64,000 nucleotides of DNA from Macrostomum lignano (Eukaryota). The translations under genes were made by a program, and so were the position numbers. Of this stretch, positions 1 to 13,479 are shown one piece after another. The notes below the pieces were generated by a model, which worked only from the letters and a program-made list of their open reading frames with translations, searched no databases and was not told the origin of the DNA. The stretch covers positions 62,001 through 126,000 of the forward strand of contig NIVC01001539.1 in the NCBI GenBank assembly GCA_002269645.1, given 5' to 3'. Position 1 is the stretch's first letter, and each line of letters begins with the position of its first letter.

Positions 1-574
<574 letters not shown>

Positions 575-721
575 CTGGAATAAGAACAGATCAGCATCTG
601 CTTAAATACTAGATATTACTATTCGCGTTTGCCTACTGATAGTAGCAACCTAAGAATTTGCAGTAGTACTTTAACCCGACAATTCTCTGGCTAGCGGCTA
701 TAGACTGGTTACCCTCTGACT

Positions 722-1158
722 TAAACTAGAAGCTTCACAAACCAAAAACTTGACGAACGAGAAACTTCACAAACTTGAAACTTCATAAACTAGAAACTTT
801 ATAAACTAGAAACTTCACAAACTAGAAACTTCACAAACCAAAAACTTGACGAACTAGAAACTTCACAAACTAGAAACTTTATAAACTAGAAACTTCACAA
901 ACTAGAAACTTTATAAACTAAAAACTTCATAAACTTGAAACTTCACAAACTGGAAACTTCACAAACTGGAAACTTCACAAACTTGAAACTTCACAAACTG
1001 GAAACTTCATAAACATGAAACTTCACAAACTAGAAACTTCACAAACTTGAAACTTCACAAACTTGAAACTTCATAAACTTGAAACTTTCACAAACTTGAA
1101 ACTTCACAAACTTGAAACTTCACAAACTTGAAACTTCATAAACTTGAAACTTTCACAG
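722..1158. repeat. 16-bp tandem repeat (AAACTTCACAAACTAG), about 27 copies
   Basis: Periodicity is directly visible. Confidence 0.95.
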
Positions 1159-1505
1159 AGAACACCCCAAATTACATCTATCCTAAACTTTGTAAAAAGC
1201 ATTAATCTCAATATCTAAGAAACACAAATTAAATAAAATCACTCAAAGGATTCGAAAATATTTTTGCTTTCACACAAAACTGCAAGCAGTGTATTTTCAT
1301 TACTAAACAGAAATTTTAAAAGATGCAAGCATTGAACTCTTTAAGCACAAATACGAGTACTTTTCCTGTTTCTATTAACAGAATAGGTCAGCTACTGATT
1401 TAAAAAAATATGAAAGAAAGACAGGTTCATACTCGAATATAATGAGCTCAGTGATAGCAAAGATCAGCTATATTTGGCTGCTGCAATATACAGCTTTAGA
1501 GCTAC

Positions 1506-2895
<1,390 letters not shown>

Positions 2896-3054
2896 TCAAT
2901 CCTGAAATTCTCTCAAATAGATTAGCTACCCTCCGAGATTCCACTGTGCTCTTCAAATCTATTCATACATAAATAAAGTGCAGCTTCTTTACGTTTTGAA
3001 GTGTTCAATAAAATGGAATATGAGGAAAGTTATAGTAGAGTTGTTATGCCAAAG

Positions 3055-3260
3055 ACACTTTTCACAAGCTCGAAACTTCACAAGCTCGAAACTTCACAAG
3101 CTCGAAACTTCACAAGCTCGAAACTTCATAAGCTCGAAGCTTCACAAACTCGAAACTTCACAAACTCGAAGCTTCACAAACTCGAAACTTCACAAGCTCG
3201 AAACTTCACAAACTGGAAACTACACAAACTCGAAACTTCACAAGCTCGAACTTTCAAAAG
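3055..3260. repeat. 16-bp tandem repeat (AAACTTCACAAGCTCG), paralogue of 722-1158
   Basis: Periodicity is visible and explains the 16-aa period in ORF 3001..3276. Confidence 0.93.
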
Positions 3261-3724
3261 CTGGAAAAACGGTTAAATCAGACTACAAAAGGGCAGATTT
3301 AATAGTTTGGGTAACTACAGGAGGCTATTCTGGGGGCATTTCCCTAGTATAGTAAAGAAACTTGAAATATTCGCAGAAAACTACCATAAAATTCATCTAT
3401 TTAAACTTTGTAAAAGCAGTAATCTTAATATCTACATGTAAGAAACAACAAATAAATCTAATAGTGAAATCAACTCAAAGGTTTCAAAAATTTTCGCCTA
3501 CTGCAAGTAGTGTATTTTCGTTACTAAGACAAATATACAAATTTAAAACGATGCGAGAACTGGAATTCTGTGTACGCACAATATTTTTACAGTTTATATT
3601 AACATAGTAGGTCCTCTACTGATTAAAAAATATGAAAGAAAAATGTTAATACACGAATAAATACAGTTAGACGTCAATATACAGCCCTTTAAAGCTAATT
3701 ATTGTCACTTTCGAGTTTGTCATT

Positions 3725-4078
3725 CAGTGGGCAGCAGCAACTGCCCACTGCCCAGTCAGATGCTTACAGTGGGCAGCAGCAACTGCCCACTGCCCAGTCA
3801 GATGCTTACAGTGGGTAGCTGCAACTGCCCACTGCCCAATCAGATGCTTACAGTGGGCAGCAGCAACAGCCCACTGCCCAGTCAGATGCTTACAGTGGGC
3901 AGCAGCAACTGCCCACTGCCCAGTCAGATGCTTACAGTGGGCAGCAGCAACTGCCCACTGCCCAGTCAGATGCTTACAGTGGGCAGCAGCAACAGCCCAC
4001 TGCCCAATCAGATGCTTACAGTGGGCAGCAGCAACAGCCCACTGCCCAATCAGATGCTTACAGTGGGCAGCAGCAACA
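3725..4078. repeat. 42-bp tandem repeat (CAGTGGGCAGCAGCAACTGCCCACTGCCCAGTCAGATGCTTA), about 8 copies
   Basis: Periodicity is visible (14-aa period in ORF 3727..4188). The unit is related to the 32-bp unit. Confidence 0.95.
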
Positions 4079-4212
4079 AAACCATGAAACCAAGTTTACA
4101 TCAATTTAAATTATGCTGCAACCAAAAATGTAGAAACTCGATTTCAAAACCGAACTGGATAAATAGATATGAAAAAAGTATAATATGAGCCAAAGAGTTC
4201 AGTCGGTGAAAT

Positions 4213-4539
4213 TTAGGACACAAAGACTGGCAGCACAGACGCGATCGGCCGGTTGCAAATCGGACAAACCCTGCGCTTCAATCTCTGATGACAGGCATCG
4301 CACAGGCAGAAATGATTACACGGCTGCAGCATAATATTGCGCTCTCTATCCAAGCAGACAACGCACTGGAGCTGCTCGGACACCTCCTTCGAGTCACCGC
4401 GGCTTGAAGAGCTGAGGCTGAGACTGAGGCCTTGAGCCTGCGCTTGGGCCTGGGGCCTGCGAGAGCGCAAATAATAGTACACGCTGGCGCCCACAGATAC
4501 AACTAGAACAATGGCGCCAACTATGATTCTACCTGACAT
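4213..4539 (-). CDS. Small membrane-anchored RING-HC (C3HC4) E3 ubiquitin ligase-like protein, MUL1/RNF26/CGRRF1-type RING
   Basis: N-terminal hydrophobic helix IIVGAIVLVVSVGASVYYYL followed by basic RSRR. C-terminal CVVC-x11-CNHFCLCDAC-x8-CPIC motif. An acceptor (TTCCAG) lies 8 nt upstream of the ATG, so this may be the last exon of a longer gene. Confidence 0.85.
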   Translation of the reverse strand: MSGRIIVGAIVLVVSVGASVYYYLRSRRPQAQAQAQGLSLSLSSSSRGDSKEVSEQLQCVVCLDRERNIMLQPCNHFCLCDACHQRLKRRVCPICNRPIASVLPVFVS

Positions 4540-6716
4540 AGATTGACCTGGAATTTTTTAATAGTACACAATGAATACAATAGTACACAATGAATACAAT
4601 AGTACACAGAAAGTCCAAAGATCTGTTTTGAGACAGTGCCCCAATAGCACCCTACACAGTGTGTACATGCTAAGCATATAATAGCAATCTAATGCAATTC
4701 AAAAATTGGTTGCACATTTTGGTATAATTAAGGCCCTAGAGCTAATAGCAATAAAAAGGGCTTTAGGTACCTAAGAAACAATCTAGCACAATTTAACCTT
4801 TCAATTCCCATTACCTTTGGTTGTAAAAGGTTCAATATATTCATAACTTTCTTATAAATATTAAAAATTGTCTAAATATTTACCATTCAATGTGGCTTTC
4901 AATTTAGTTTAGTTTAAAAAACCATTCTTAGAATAAACCAAGGATAAAAGCCAATGTCTTAGAAAACTTTGCTTAAATTTTGCAAATATTAGGCAATATC
5001 TATTTGCATAGCCTTATTAGCTATAAGAATAATCCAAAAAATCAATAATTTTATAAAATAATAGCATGCAAACCATGCAACAATTATAATGTTAAAATAC
5101 ATATGCATTTGGTTAAAACCATATATTTTTAACATCTATTGGAAGTTATAGATATGTTTTATAACTATTGTAATATTTAAGAGAAGATTAAAATTATACT
5201 TCAGGTATTTTTTAATACTAAAGGCCTAGATTTATGACTATAGTCCTTTGGTCTACTTTGAAGTTGTTGTCTTATGAACTAAATATTTAATGGGAGGGAT
5301 GCTAATTACTTGATATAGCAATTAATAAAATATTCAATGGTTGGTTAACAACTTGATTTATTTTTTGACTTTATTATACATATAATTGATTTTTTCATAT
5401 TCTAAATGAAAGGTGCCTCCATTTTTTTCTATTAAAACAAATTCAAAGTTTCTAACTGCTAACTTCTATATTCATCTTAACAAAAGAAGCAATCAATAGC
5501 AAATAGAAATAGAAAATAGAAAAATGGCTTCTATTTCTATTAGAATGCTGCTTTTTGTGTTAAAATACATTTTACTACTTTATTGCTAGCTATTGTTTAC
5601 TTTAAACACAATAGCAAATAAACTGTTTGCCCTAGCATGGACTTTAGCAGATAAACCAATAATAGACAAGACGACCTATACCCAATTTAAGTTTTTATTG
5701 ATTTGTTATTTAAGATATTATTATCCTAGTCTACCTTGATTTGGGTCATTTTGGTAAGTTGCATTGACATAAGTTTTGCTTGAAAGTGTCAAGTCTTCTT
5801 TAAAATGACTTAAACTATAATTGATTTAGATATTTGTTTCAAGAGATAAATACATTTAATTAGAGGGATATTGGTCATAGACTTTTAGAACCTGTATATA
5901 TAGGCTATCTAGACAAAAATCAAGTTTCATATCCTTAGTGAGCAATTGAGAAACCCAATAGGCACTCAGTTTGACATGATCTATCTTCTGCGGATATTCA
6001 TAAACTATGGACTTTGGGCAATCTAGTCAATAAGCCATTTTGCTAATGTTTTTTGCAGTCTCTATTCTTCATTGATCAAGTCAAGAATATGATCAGGTTA
6101 CCATTGTCATAGATCTCAGGGCATCAAAACCTTGACATGTTGCTTATATCAGTTCTTCTATCATTGAACTCTTTCACTTACTTGTTCATTATCATCTTGC
6201 TAATGGGGTGGTTATCATATGCAGTATATAGTTGCCTGTGAATATTAGCTGATATATGCCTAGAGCTCCAAAAGAAAAAGATGGCATATTGCTGCCTAGT
6301 CTCCACTCTCCCAAAAATGCTATTTTCTCCACAAATTTGTGGCATACATAAGGGTTTTGGCCCCTGTATTGCATGCATAACTACATGCAATGAGACTTTG
6401 CAAGCAGCAGTGCATATAAAAAAATTGGTATGCAGCTACATGCAAAATGGATTTGGAAATAAAATAGAGGTTTAGATTTGGCTCAACTGTGGAAATTAAT
6501 AATTGGTAATATATTAATTTAATTTTTTTTAAATAATTTAATTATCTTTTTTAAATAATTGTAACTTATATCCATTTTTGTAACTTTGCAGCAAAATAAA
6601 AGACAGAAAAAAATAATCCAATCTGTGGAAAAGAATTTAATTTGTTTAAACAGGCTTCACTGCATTTACATAAGCACATAATTTATTTAAGCATATAATA
6701 CCAATTTATAATTGGT

Positions 6717-8269
6717 AAATGGTCAACGCAGCCGACGTTGTCAAGCTCGCCCAGCAGTCACCGGGCGGGAAAGCGCTGGGTCCGGACGAGGTGCCCATCG
6801 AGGCGCTGCGCATCCCCTGTGTGGCCGCTGAGGTCGCCAGAGTGATTAACCGCGTGCTCTTCGGTGAGGCGGCGCCCAACGAATGGACCACGGCGCACAT
6901 CGTCGCTGTTCCAAAGAAGCCGGGCACCACTAGGCTTGAAGACCATCGAGGCATCTGCCTTCAGTCCTGTGCAGCGAAGCTGTTCAACCGGATGCTGCTT
7001 TCGCGGTTGCAGCCCGTGCTGGATCCGTACCTGCGCCCAGAGCAGAACGGGTTCCGGCCCCATCGCGGCACAGTGGCGCAGATCCTGGCTCTTCGCCGAG
7101 TCATCGAGGAGGCGCGGATTCGTCAGTCGATCCTGATTTTAATCTTTATTGATTTCAAGAAGGCATTCGACTCGGTTGTCAGAGCCGTGCTTCCAATGGT
7201 GCTCCGCGCGTACAACGTGCCTGAGCAGCTGATCTCCGCCGTCATGGCGATGTACCGTGATACGACAGCTGCTGTGACAACACCGGACGGCCTATCGGAC
7301 TCCTTTGAGACATCCTCCGGAGTGCTTCAGGGAGATACGCTGGCGCCGTTCCTGTTCGTCCTGGTGCTTGACTGGGTGCTGCGGACTGCTCTTCCTACCG
7401 ACGACGACGGTTTCCTGCTGCAGCGACGCGTGGGTCGACGTCAACCGGAGAAGCGGCTCAGCGTGCTTGGCTACGCCGACGACCTCGCCCTGCTGTCCTC
7501 GACCGTCGAGGGCGCCCAACGGCAGCTGGACAGGCTGGTTGCCGTTGCGGCGAGTGTCGGCCTGGTGGTCAACACGCAGAAGACCGTTGTGCTCTGCGTG
7601 CCGGACGACACCGAGGCTGCAATATTTTGCCGAGGCGCTGACGGGCAGGCGACCGAACTCCCGCGATGTCAGCAGTTCATCTACCTCGGCGGTCTGGTTC
7701 CAGACGCTCGCGAGGACCTGCGACGCCGCCGCGGGCTTGCCTGGGCTGCCTTTCGTTCTGTGAGGGCAGTCCTGCAGTCCGAGGCCCTACCGGACCGCCA
7801 GAGGGCGGCGCTGTTCCAGGCGGTAATCGAGACCGTCCTGCTGTACAACGCCGAGACCTGGACGCTGATGGACTCACTCGAACAGCAAGTCGATGCGGCG
7901 CACGCTGGTCTGCTGCGCGCCGCCTTCAACATCGGCGTCGAGCGAGTCACCAACGCGGCACTCTATCGCCGCGCTGGCCTGCCACGTCCAAGTGATCTAC
8001 TGCGCCGTCGGCGACTCCAGCTCGCAGGCCATCTCATCCGCACCGAGTCGTACTGCCCACAGCCGGTGCAGGAGGTGCTGCTGCTCACGCTGCAGGCACC
8101 CTACTGGCGAGGTCAAGCGCGAACTCGGCGTTATGTCAACTGTCTGCTGGCTGACGCCGGCGCCCCGGACACTGCCGGTGGCGCGGCCTTTGTTCGCGCC
8201 CAAGCCATGAAGCGCGCCCTGTGACGCTGAATTTTACCATCATGACAGCGTATTTTGTTGTTGTTGTTG
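6717..8269 (+). mobile_element. 5'-truncated RTE-clade non-LTR retrotransposon
   Basis: RT ORF; short 3' UTR with an ACGCTG...CAGCGT stem; (TTG)n tail at 8255-8270; TSD TTATAATTGGT at 6706-6716 and 8270-8280. Confidence 0.92.
6719..8224 (+). CDS. Reverse transcriptase (RTE-like ORF2, endonuclease domain missing)
   Basis: Motifs KALGPDEVPIEAL, QNGFRPHRGT, FIDFKKAFDSV, GVLQGDTLAPFLF, YADD, FIYLG and LLYNAETWTL in an uninterrupted 501-aa frame. Confidence 0.93.
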   Translation: MVNAADVVKLAQQSPGGKALGPDEVPIEALRIPCVAAEVARVINRVLFGEAAPNEWTTAHIVAVPKKPGTTRLEDHRGICLQSCAAKLFNRMLLSRLQPVLDPYLRPEQNGFRPHRGTVAQILALRRVIEEARIRQSILILIFIDFKKAFDSVVRAVLPMVLRAYNVPEQLISAVMAMYRDTTAAVTTPDGLSDSFETSSGVLQGDTLAPFLFVLVLDWVLRTALPTDDDGFLLQRRVGRRQPEKRLSVLGYADDLALLSSTVEGAQRQLDRLVAVAASVGLVVNTQKTVVLCVPDDTEAAIFCRGADGQATELPRCQQFIYLGGLVPDAREDLRRRRGLAWAAFRSVRAVLQSEALPDRQRAALFQAVIETVLLYNAETWTLMDSLEQQVDAAHAGLLRAAFNIGVERVTNAALYRRAGLPRPSDLLRRRRLQLAGHLIRTESYCPQPVQEVLLLTLQAPYWRGQARTRRYVNCLLADAGAPDTAGGAAFVRAQAMKRAL

Positions 8270-9337
8270 TTATAATTGGTTATATATTAATTTAATTTTT
8301 TTAAAATATTTTTTTAAATAATTATAATTTATATCTATTTTTTATTACTTTGCAGCAAAATAAAAGACAGAAAAAAGTCATCCAATCTGTGGAAAAGAAT
8401 TTAATTTGTTTAAACAGGCTTCACAACATTTACATAAGCACATAAGCAAAGTGCTCTTTAAAATAAGAGCACATTTTTGCTTTTAACCCCTTAAGACCCA
8501 AGTCAATGCCTCGCATGCAGCATGCAATACAGATAAAGCCTTTAGTGGGCAGCATGCATGAGATTTTTTAGTATTCTTAGTGTGCAGCGTGCAGAGTCAA
8601 AAAGTTTTGTGGCATGCATGGAAAATTTTTGGGACTATAGCCTAGTATTTGAATGTACTCCCATTTAATAATTGATAGATAAAAATTAAGCAATAGTAAA
8701 AATGTTTTTGCACAATAAATACAACTAGTCTTTTGAAAAAGCTTTTTATTGTGTCACTTTTGACCATTAAAACAACTTATTAATGCAAAAATATTGATTG
8801 CCACTAAGTAGCATATACTAATTTTAGCAAATATTTAAGCTTCTCTAAGTCTATGACTAATCTCCCTCTAATTAAATGCAAATATCTCTTAAAATATAAA
8901 TCTAAATCAATTGCAATTGTAAGACTTTCTGTTTTCAAATAATACCAAACCTATATCAAGTAAATTCTATCAAATGTCTACAACGAGTAAAAATAATACA
9001 AAAATTATAATGTTTATAAGTATAACACTAATTCTAATTGTATTATTTATAACACGAGCTAATAGTGTTTATAACACTATTTTCTAGACACCCCTTGTAT
9101 GATAATTAAAAATAAAATATTTGATCACTATTTTGTATTTTTATAAGGCTATTTTGCTCCTGATCATTTGTCATTAGTCATCCAACATGAAAATGGAATC
9201 TAACAATCTGACTATCAAAAGATTCATAGGCAAACATATTTAGTATATAACAAAAGTGATATGCTTAACTTATTACTTAAAACAATAGTTAGCAGTTAGC
9301 TACATGTAGCTTATTAGCTACACCCTACCCTAGCGCC

Positions 9338-10901
9338 GGGTCCATGAGAAATGCCTGCAGACAAATTGCCCGCCCAGATTTGCCTGCAAGAGATTTGCCC
9401 ACGGAGATTTGCCTGCCAAGCTTTTCCTGCCAAGATTTGGCCGCAGTGCAATTTGCCCGCAGGAGGTTTGCCTGCTGAGCTTTTTCTGCCATAATTTGCC
9501 TGCAATGCAATCTGCCCGCAAGTGAACTGCCCATAGAGATTTGCCTACGGAGATTTGCCTACAAGCAAATTGCCCACTGAGATTTGCCTGCAAGCAAATT
9601 GCCCACCAAGATTTGCCTGCAAGCAAATTGCCCGCCGAGATTTGCCCGCGGAGATTTCTACAATGCTTTTTCCTTTAGTGCTGCATTTACTTGTACATGC
9701 AGCATTGCGAGTAGCGACAGATTTACCTGCATTGCGTTTTGTCAACACCCAATGCTAAGTAATGTCATTTTTAATAAAAATATTTAGCCAATCAAATTGC
9801 TCCTATAGTATACATGTAACTGTATTTCAAATTTCTCTATGCAGATTTTTCTTATGGGAGAAGTTTTCATTTCTATAGTGGCATATCAGTGAGCCAAATA
9901 AATTCTATGTAGCTAATGCCCCCCTAGACTAGAGCATGCTTGATGCAATTTTTGGTGTTGCAGTTGAGATTTTTTTGTAGGAAATAAAAAAACTAAAAAA
10001 CTAAAATTCCTTTTGCAACAACTTTTCCACAATTGTGTCTTGTCAATGGAGGAAAGAATAGAATGGAGTGCTAATCTGAGCCAGTTATTTTTATCTTGCT
10101 CGATTTTAACTTTTAACATCCCTTTCCCCCCTGTTCCTTCCTATTGGCTGAAAGCATATTTTGATGCGAGCTTATACTATGCTAAGACAGACCTTTCAGA
10201 GGGGGAATGAAAGCGAAAACAAGACAAAAAATACTTTGTCTATGGCAGTCACGAGCCAATAGGAAAGAACGGGGGGAAAGGGATATTAAAAGTTAAGATC
10301 GAGGGAGATAAAAATAACTAGCTCAGATTAGCACTCCATTCTATTCTTACCTCCATGGTCTTATCTAAAGCATTTTATTAGTCATTAGAATTTAGACTCC
10401 TTCAAAATACCTATATACATGTATAGACATGAAAAGCATACATGTATTAGCTATAATAGTAAAAATGTAGTGAGAAAAGACAGAATGCAGTAGAGCTGCT
10501 GCTTATTGGGACAAGACAAACATTTTCTACGCAAAATAGTACTATTATTTAAACAAAGTAACCATTGAATACCATTAAGTGAAATTTTTATAACATGAAA
10601 AAATGACAAATAGATTCATCATTTACTTAACTTAGTAGTTTATCACACATTTGTAAACTATTGCGGAAATCTCCATGGGCAAATCTTGGCAGGCAATTTG
10701 TTCGCGGTCAAATTTCCGAGGGCAAATCGCTCATGGGCAAATCACCATGGGCAAATCTCTGCGGCCAAATTAACTCATGGGCAGATTGCATTGCAAGAAA
10801 AATTACGGCGGGAAAAGCTCAGCAGGCAAACCCCTTGCGGGCAAATCTCCTGCGGGCAAATCTTGGTGGGCAATTTGTCTGCGGGCATTTCTCGTGCTCC
10901 C
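9338..10901. mobile_element. Non-autonomous Foldback/MULE-like DNA transposon with long, internally repetitive TIRs
   Basis: About 9338-9665 and 10655-10901 are imperfect inverted repeats built of GATTTGCC(C/T)GC subrepeats. CCTAGCGCC direct repeat at 9329-9337 and 10902-10910 (9-10 bp TSD). No transposase ORF. Confidence 0.8.
10046..10356. mobile_element. MITE with about 100-bp TIRs nested in the foldback element
   Basis: ATGGAGGAAAGAATAGAATGGAGTGCTAATCTGAG...CTATTGGCT (10046-10149) is the near-perfect reverse complement of about 10254-10356. No clear TSD. Confidence 0.8.
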
Positions 10902-10910
10902 CCTAGCGCC

Positions 10911-11249
10911 ACCGAATTCGTCAACATTTAATTTGTCAACTCTGTTGACGAATTCGGCTACCTTAATAGGCACTGTTGACGAATTCGGTTATCTGAGTAG
11001 GCCTGTCCAATATATATGCAGTCTCAAAAATATACCAAAGAAATGAAATTAAAAAAGATGAAAGCCAATTTCGAAAGTAAAACGAAGGCAAATGCATGGT
11101 TATACAAACCCATGGTTATTTGTGTATTCTGCCTCATTTTGTTGACGAATTCTCTCAGCTTGTTTTAACTGTTGACGAATTCGACTTCCTCCAATTTCTC
11201 GTATTTTAGGTCTGTTGACGAATTAGATATTGACGAATTTGGTGTAACC
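10911..11249. mobile_element. Degenerate MITE-like element with TGTTGACGAATTC subterminal repeats
   Basis: The left end ACCGAATTCGTCAACA is inverted relative to about 6 copies of TGTTGACGAATT. The right end is GGTGTAACC. Confidence 0.5.
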
Positions 11250-11667
11250 CGCTTTCACCACTCGCTTTTTCACCACCAATCAATCTGTACTAATCAGAAA
11301 ATATATGCTATGTATAAGAATAAAGTTATTCCGGAAATCTAAACTTTTTGATACAATTTAATGTTTTATAGCATTAGTACAATAACAATAGTACCTTGTT
11401 TTTATACTGCTACCTGTTTAATATCAGAAATGGGTTCTTAGAAAACATGATGATAAGATGCATATCAAGTTTGTGCGAAAAAGAGCATTAGATAAACTAA
11501 TATTTCAGGTGCAGCACCGTATTTAGAACATTTGTTATAGGTATTGTAGAAGAAGTTTTTTGGGTAAACTTTTTTTAAATATTTATTATGTCATCGTAAC
11601 TTTCGTCAATAAATATACGCTTTCTACAATCCGAAGAACACTTGACAATGGACTGGATTAAGATTAA

Positions 11668-12880
11668 TCCTCTCTAAATACTAAAGTTGGTGCGATGTTT
11701 GTCTGTCTGTATGTTGCAATTTTTCTCCTAGACTACTTGCAACTCAGCGTTGAAACTTATATGGGTAAACTGCAAATTTTCCGGGTTGGGTTTATAGCTA
11801 TTTTAATCTTTCATTTTTATATTTTAAGATCCCTAAAAAAGCAGAAATAATAAAACAATAGGGAATATGATCCACCTTGCGCAACTCTTAGTGATTGCGC
11901 CACAACAGCTGGCCTATCTGTGTAGTGTATTCTTTTAGCTGAAGGGGTGTAACTGGGCCAGTTGGCATCAATTTTTAGTGATTACGCCACAACTTTCTCC
12001 TATCTCGGCAGTGTATTTTCTCTCTAATGGGGGAATGGGGGCATTCTCAGTGGCTGCGTGTGTACAATCGGACCCTAGCTCACTGGCTGATTGTATAGAC
12101 AATTGCGCAACGATATGTTTTCTGATTTTCAATAGGCAGCCCTGTGTATTTGTTGGACAGTAAAATTCAATGAATAAACTTGCGAGCCTCCCACTGCTGC
12201 AGGCAGTGAACGTACACTCAATAGTTCAATTCCTTAAAACGGGAAATTTCAAAGCCAAACTGTTCCTTGAGTTTTAAACTTTAAGAGAAGAGACTTATAT
12301 TGCTGGAAAGAGGTTGCAATGCTGAGTTAGGGGATATAAGTTTTTTGCTCTAAATGTGAAAATTAAAAGCACAGCATTCAAAAAGTGATTTCCATACTTT
12401 TAACTTTTTGCAAAGATTGTACTCCATTTCGGGGGTTCAATGAGGGTTTGACAGACTCCCAACAGTGGGGGGGGGGTTCAATTTCTAGCTGCACTGCGTA
12501 TTCGAAGGGGTTCAGTCGCTGTGTATTGGAGGGTTGATTTAGATTGCGCAATTTTTTTGTTAACTTTAACCGAGGCTGATACTGACTGCCTGAGAAATAA
12601 GTTGCGCAATTTAATTGGTTCAATGTTTTAACGGCGCCTTTCAACATGCAGCTGTGTAGCTCTAACCCTAACCCTAACCATAACCAATGAATTCTGAGAG
12701 CTGGGTTCTGTTTGACAGAGAAATTTCGATTGAGTCCAGTTACACGGAGAGGATTTTCGCGGAGAGGATTTTGATGGTGTTCAGTTTCACGGAGACAATT
12801 TCTGTTTCGCGGAGAGTTCAGGAAATGGGATTCCGGTGATGGGAGTTCTTCCCCTTTCTCCTCCAGCGGAGGAGTTGGCC
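11668..12880 (+). mobile_element. Non-autonomous Helitron-like element H0
   Basis: A|TCCTCTCTAAATACTAAAG 5' end with a (GTCT)n-like tract. 3' hairpin CTCCTCC-AGC-GGAGGAG at 12858-12874. The terminal CTAG is degenerate at the junction with H1. Confidence 0.55.
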
Positions 12881-13479
12881 TCGTATATACTAAAAATGAG
12901 TTGTCTGTATGTGGGTAGGTATGCGATAGATTTCAGAAAAAATGGCTCAACCGATTTTCTTCAAACTTGCACCATTCGATCAGAAATTTTCCTGGGACGG
13001 TACATGCATCTTGGCTAAAAAATTGCTCAATGATAAAGGGATTAAATATTCGAAAAACATGCTTTTTTGCAAAGGTCAAGCAGCTCTTTCGACCTAAAAT
13101 TCATTGTAAGAATGCTAGAGAAAAAAACTGACTGGCTGAATTCTGATTGTCATAAAGATTGCATCACAACAAGTTGAAAACAGTGCCGAAGAAATGCACA
13201 CACGACTTGATTAAAATTGCGAAACCAATATTGCTAACTTGAACTGAGACTGATACTGGCTGACTGAGAAATTGATTATGTCATAACTTTTTACCCCAAT
13301 TGACTTGCTGTAAGAATTTAATTATAAGGGCCACAATTCATGTACTCCAATTGAAAAGAGATAGCCTAGATCCGAACAGACTGGACTGCCAACGTAGCGA
13401 CCTGGGTTCGAATCTTAGTAGTGCAAAATAATTTTTTTATAAAACACCTTGAAAACACGAAACTGCTAAACATAAAAAA

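Noticed and set aside
5930-6480. Possible decayed coding or transposase sequence
   Set aside because: Only short ORFs with many stops and no motif I can identify.
6495-8445. About 200-bp target-site duplication for the RTE copy
   Set aside because: The two flanks are visibly diverged and the right copy lacks the last 30 bp of the left; an exact 11-bp TSD explains the insertion.
8483-8650. piggyBac-like MITE start (TTAACCCC)
   Set aside because: No matching GGGTTAA right end found.
10911-11240. Repeated TGTTGACGAATTC with unique intervening DNA, CRISPR-like at first sight
   Set aside because: Repeats are 13 bp, irregularly spaced and in both orientations, as expected for MITE subterminal repeats.
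13355-13425. Functional tRNA gene (also at 50832)
   Set aside because: A complete cloverleaf cannot be built; acceptor stem or B-box is missing.
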